Virus record (IMG/VR): IMGVR_UViG_3300026848_000006
Span: 1 to 35,262 of that record
From: a virus
Lineage: Duplodnaviria; Caudoviricetes
Strand: one strand, 5' to 3'
DNA: 35,262 bases
Positions 33,692-35,262 of the stretch are shown in pieces. The translations under genes and the position numbers were made by a program. The notes beneath the pieces were generated by a model, which made no database searches, was not told where the DNA came from, and saw nothing but the letters and a program-made list of their open reading frames with translations. Position 1 is the stretch's first letter. Each line of letters starts with the position of its first letter.

Positions 33692-33741
33692 GTCTGTTGC
33701 GCGGGGGATCTGTTAGCGGTAGGGATTGTTCAGGGTGATGG

Positions 33742-33993
33742 GTGCGGATCGAAAAGAGGTCTGTTATGGCTGATGGCGATTATATGCCCGACGGAGTGCC
33801 GTTCTCCGAGCTTGTTCGTCATGATTATTCCGCTGTGATTTTTTACTGTCGTTCCTGTCATAGGTGGGTTTCTAAAACCCCTGCGGATCTGGTAGCAATC
33901 GCGCCCCCAGAAACGCTGCTTTGGACGTTTACCCGCAAGCTCCGTTGTGTTGACTGCGGGCAGAAGGATTTCACGGTACGGCTTGCCGTGTAG
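33742..33993 (+). CDS. Small Zn-binding protein (CxxC...CxxC)
   Basis: 'FYCRSCHR...LRCVDCGQK'. ATG 33766, preceded by GAGG, is the likely start. Confidence 0.6.
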   Translation: MRIEKRSVMADGDYMPDGVPFSELVRHDYSAVIFYCRSCHRWVSKTPADLVAIAPPETLLWTFTRKLRCVDCGQKDFTVRLAV

Positions 33994-34008
33994 AAGTTGT
34001 CCAGGGGG

Positions 34009-35262
34009 TTACGCTTTTTTGCTGTTCATTCTGGCAACAATTCCCTTTGCGATTCGGTCCTGTGTTTTGCGCTGTACGCTGTGCCTGCGGTGTGCATAAC
34101 GCATTGTTGTTTCAATCTTGCTGTGTCCGAGTAGCTTCTGGATCAGTGTCATGTCGATATCGTCATCGATGCCGACCGTTGCGAATGCGTGGCGTAAATC
34201 GTGAATCCTGAGATCTTTTATGCCAGCCAGATCTTTTATTTTTTCCCAAGCCTTTTTCGGATTGATCATGTGCCGGTGAATGATTTCTCCGTTCTCGTCT
34301 GTGCCCGGCTTGCCGGGGATAAGCCAAGGGTTGTCTTTCGAGTTTGAATGACGCAGGCGGTCGCTAATCACTTCCATCGCGTTACTGTTCAGGGTGATTT
34401 CTTTGCGTCTTTTTTTGCGACGTCGGCCCATGGTTGCCGTTTTGTGATCAGATAGAACCAGAACCTCGCGTTGCAGATCGATGGCGGAAAGCTCCGCATT
34501 CATGATTTCGCCGCGTCGGCATCCAGTGAATATTATCAGTCTGATCAGCCAGCAAATTGCGATATTGCCGAGTTGGAGTTTTTCGTACTCGTTCAGGGCG
34601 TTTGCGAGTGCGCTCCATTCCCAATCCTCAAGATATCGCTCCCTGTCTTCTTCTTCGTCCAGTTCGACAAACCGGCAGGGGTTGGAGCCGTCAGGGCGCA
34701 TCTTCCAGAGTTCGGCGTTGTTGAACATTTTGGAGCATAGGGCGAGGGCTCGATTTCCGTTTACGACGTATTTTTCCTGAAGTTTCCGGTGCATCCTGAA
34801 AATGTGATCATGTCCGACGTCGATCACGTTGAGATCTCCGATTTCCGGCAGGACGTGAAGCCGAAGAAGCCGTTCGTCGTTGGCTTGGCTTTCCCCCTTC
34901 TTTTTCTTGACTGCTACGTGTTCTTTCATGTGGCGCTCGGCGAGATCTCGAACTTTGGGAAGTTTCTGGTTCTTGGTTGTCGCGATTGAGCCTGCCGGAT
35001 CTCCGCCAATGGCAACTTCATGGATCCACTGTTGCGCAATCTCACGGGCGGCGGCGGTTTTCAGTTCCGGGTAGGTGCCAATTTTTGGGCGGCGCTGTTT
35101 GCCGGTTTTTGTTCGATAGTAGAGCCCGAAAACCTTGTTGCCCGTCTTGGTGACTTTGAGAAAGAAACCTGTGATCTGTGTATCCCATATCAGATAGTCT
35201 TTGTCGGATGGCTCCGCGTTTTTGCATATCGGGTTAGACAGGGTTTCTTTTCTTGCGGTCAT
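34009..35262 (-). CDS. int: Tyrosine integrase with N-terminal arm-binding domain (P4-like)
   Basis: Arm domain 'LIWDTQITGFFLKV...KVF.LYYR...IGTYP' and intact catalytic residues R (TGCRRGE), HDLRH, LGH and Y (TMRYAH). Confidence 0.95.
   Translation of the reverse strand: MTARKETLSNPICKNAEPSDKDYLIWDTQITGFFLKVTKTGNKVFGLYYRTKTGKQRRPKIGTYPELKTAAAREIAQQWIHEVAIGGDPAGSIATTKNQKLPKVRDLAERHMKEHVAVKKKKGESQANDERLLRLHVLPEIGDLNVIDVGHDHIFRMHRKLQEKYVVNGNRALALCSKMFNNAELWKMRPDGSNPCRFVELDEEEDRERYLEDWEWSALANALNEYEKLQLGNIAICWLIRLIIFTGCRRGEIMNAELSAIDLQREVLVLSDHKTATMGRRRKKRRKEITLNSNAMEVISDRLRHSNSKDNPWLIPGKPGTDENGEIIHRHMINPKKAWEKIKDLAGIKDLRIHDLRHAFATVGIDDDIDMTLIQKLLGHSKIETTMRYAHRRHSVQRKTQDRIAKGIVARMNSKKA

Larger units (their letters stand above)
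1..35262. mobile_element. Temperate lambda-like siphophage / prophage, apparently complete
   Basis: Ordered modules for integration, CI/Cro switch, replication, cos packaging (Nu1/GpA-like terminase, lambda-type portal), non-contractile tail (tube, chaperone frameshift, tape measure, tail tip) and lysis. No host housekeeping genes are visible. Confidence 0.95.

Noticed and set aside
1-35262. Second DGR target (additional VR) elsewhere in the phage
   Set aside because: No other TR-like segment was seen by eye. A BLASTN of the TR against the window and the host genome would be needed to exclude remote targets.

Overview
The window is an apparently complete, lambda-like temperate siphophage or prophage of about 35 kb. 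Its host is probably an alphaproteobacterium (inferred from SSB and tail-gene style). Gene order, left to right: leftward early operon (excisionase-like gene, Gp37/Gp68 [DUF5131], ASCH-like gene, SSB, TopoVI-A/TOPRIM-like gene, HD hydrolase), lipoprotein plus CI/Cro/CII switch, split primase, MTase-like gene and D5 helicase with an iteron origin, late regulator, lambda-like cos region, head genes, tail genes, lysis genes and a tyrosine integrase. The strongest accessory system is an intact Bordetella BPP-1-type diversity-generating retroelement (DGR) inserted in the middle of the tail-tip operon. It comprises an Mtd-like tail fibre with a 105-bp VR (26989-27093), a GRNA-loop hairpin, avd, TR (27527-27631), a structured spacer and a reverse transcriptase; 7 of the 8 TR/VR mismatches fall at TR adenines. 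DGRs are a known class, so the less-explained signals are these: a ~400-bp ORF-free, hairpin-dense island with its own candidate promoter inside the late operon (19164-19560), an exact 24-bp direct repeat bracketing the head module, a G7-tract frameshift that fuses the ASCH-like gene to Gp37/Gp68, and an int/xis arrangement implying att lies between xis and int. All family assignments come from motif recognition by eye; no database search was run.
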